Of a DNA stretch of 64,000 nucleotides, positions 63,457 to 64,000 are shown one piece after another. Location: positions 997-64,996 of the forward strand of contig JAAFJC010000009.1 in assembly GCA_013297925.1 (NCBI GenBank), read 5' to 3'. The notes beneath the pieces are model-generated. The model was not told where the DNA came from, did no database searches, and was given only the letters and a program-made list of their open reading frames with translations. The position numbers and the translations under genes are program-made. This stretch comes from Comamonadaceae bacterium (lineage in GTDB: Bacteria > Pseudomonadota > Gammaproteobacteria > Burkholderiales > Burkholderiaceae_C). The stretch's first letter is position 1; each line of letters starts with the position of its first letter.

Positions 63457-64000
63457 ATGGAACTGTTTTCTACCCCCTGGTGGTCTGCCTTATTGGCCAT
63501 CGTCTTGATCGACCTTGTACTCGCAGGCGACAACGCCATCGTGATCGCATTGGCTGCGCGCAATTTGCCGCCCGATTTGCAGAAGAGAGCGATTCTGTGG
63601 GGCACGGTCGGCGCGATTGCTGTGCGCACGGCCATGACGCTTATCGTAGTTTGGCTGCTCAAAATTCCAGGCTTGATGCTGCTCGGCGGATTGGGCTTAG
63701 TATGGATTGCTTATAAATTATTGGTCGATACAGGTGGTGATGAGCACGATGGGCCCGTCGCCACAACCTTTTGGGGCGCAATGAAAACCATTGTGATTGC
63801 GGATGCTTTGATGGGCATTGACAACGTGCTCGGCGTTGCCGGAGCAGCCAATGGCAACATGACCTTGGTAGTACTCGGCATGCTGATCAGCGTGCCTATC
63901 GTTGTGTACGGCAGCCAACTTGTACTCCAGCTCGTTGAGCGTTTTCCCATCATCATTCATTTGGGAGCGGCCGTGCTTGCTTTCACCGCCGCCAAGATGA
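63457..64000 (+). CDS. TerC-family membrane protein (YjbE-like), 3' end off the window
   Basis: Absent from the ORF track because there is no stop in the window. Manual translation: MELFSTPWWSALLAIVLIDLVLAGDNAIVIALAARNLP ... ADALMGIDNVLGVAGAA. Confidence 0.85.
   Translation, partial: MELFSTPWWSALLAIVLIDLVLAGDNAIVIALAARNLPPDLQKRAILWGTVGAIAVRTAMTLIVVWLLKIPGLMLLGGLGLVWIAYKLLVDTGGDEHDGPVATTFWGAMKTIVIADALMGIDNVLGVAGAANGNMTLVVLGMLISVPIVVYGSQLVLQLVERFPIIIHLGAAVLAFTAAKM

Noticed and set aside
1-64000. A search for tRNA/rRNA genes, CRISPR arrays, IS elements, integrases, prophage or defence-island genes.
   Set aside because: Inspection found no T-loop/acceptor-like tRNA signatures, no rRNA-like segments, no regularly spaced short repeats, and no transposase, integrase or phage-like ORFs. 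The window appears to be core chromosome.

Overview
This 64-kb chromosomal window looks betaproteobacterial (Burkholderiales/Comamonadaceae-like gene content, moderately GC-rich by eye). It is densely packed with about 60 protein genes.

Gene content, in order:
- a partial FMN-dependent 2-hydroxy-acid dehydrogenase, LysR + DUF2917, a TfoX-like protein, queC and pdxH
- a lactonase / cytochrome-b561-like / sugar-ABC operon
- an intradiol-dioxygenase-like protein, proC, glpK-glpD, an SDR, and lptC-kdsD
- a Pil-Chp-like chemosensory cluster (two response regulators, CheW, a Cache-type MCP, a CheA-REC hybrid)
- glutathione peroxidase, a secreted unknown protein, an SPFH protein, and an OmpR-type two-component pair
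- a nucleosidase and TetR + OMF-MFP-RND efflux
- a di-iron ferritin-like protein and a MerR/B12-binding (LitR/CarH-like) regulator, next to the conserved FAD-oxidoreductase / DUF1365 / CFA-synthase-like 8-gene cluster
- an M29/NicX-like protein, flavin reductase, ubiA, ssb, an MFS transporter and a LIV-type ABC operon
- two divergent TerC genes, each behind a yybP-ykoY (Mn) riboswitch

I saw no tRNA, rRNA, CRISPR, IS, integrase or phage genes.

The unusual content is in small repeats:
1. Family II is a long-hairpin element in 3 copies. The outer stems have completely different sequences but always pair, and they enclose conserved purine-rich internal-loop motifs (UAAAGGGGGA / GGAGGACA). Two copies sit back to back upstream of the two-component operon.
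2. Family I is a ~41-nt double-hairpin repeat (CGCCGGCATAGAATATGCGCG..GCTATT-N5-AATAGC) with at least 9 clear copies. Several lie in frame inside conserved genes (glpK, ubiA, a nucleosidase, an SDR), and one supplies the queC stop codon.
3. A perfect 127-bp tandem duplication frameshifts the livF-like ATPase.

All repeat detection and counting was done by eye and hand. Copies may have been missed, and no database search was possible.
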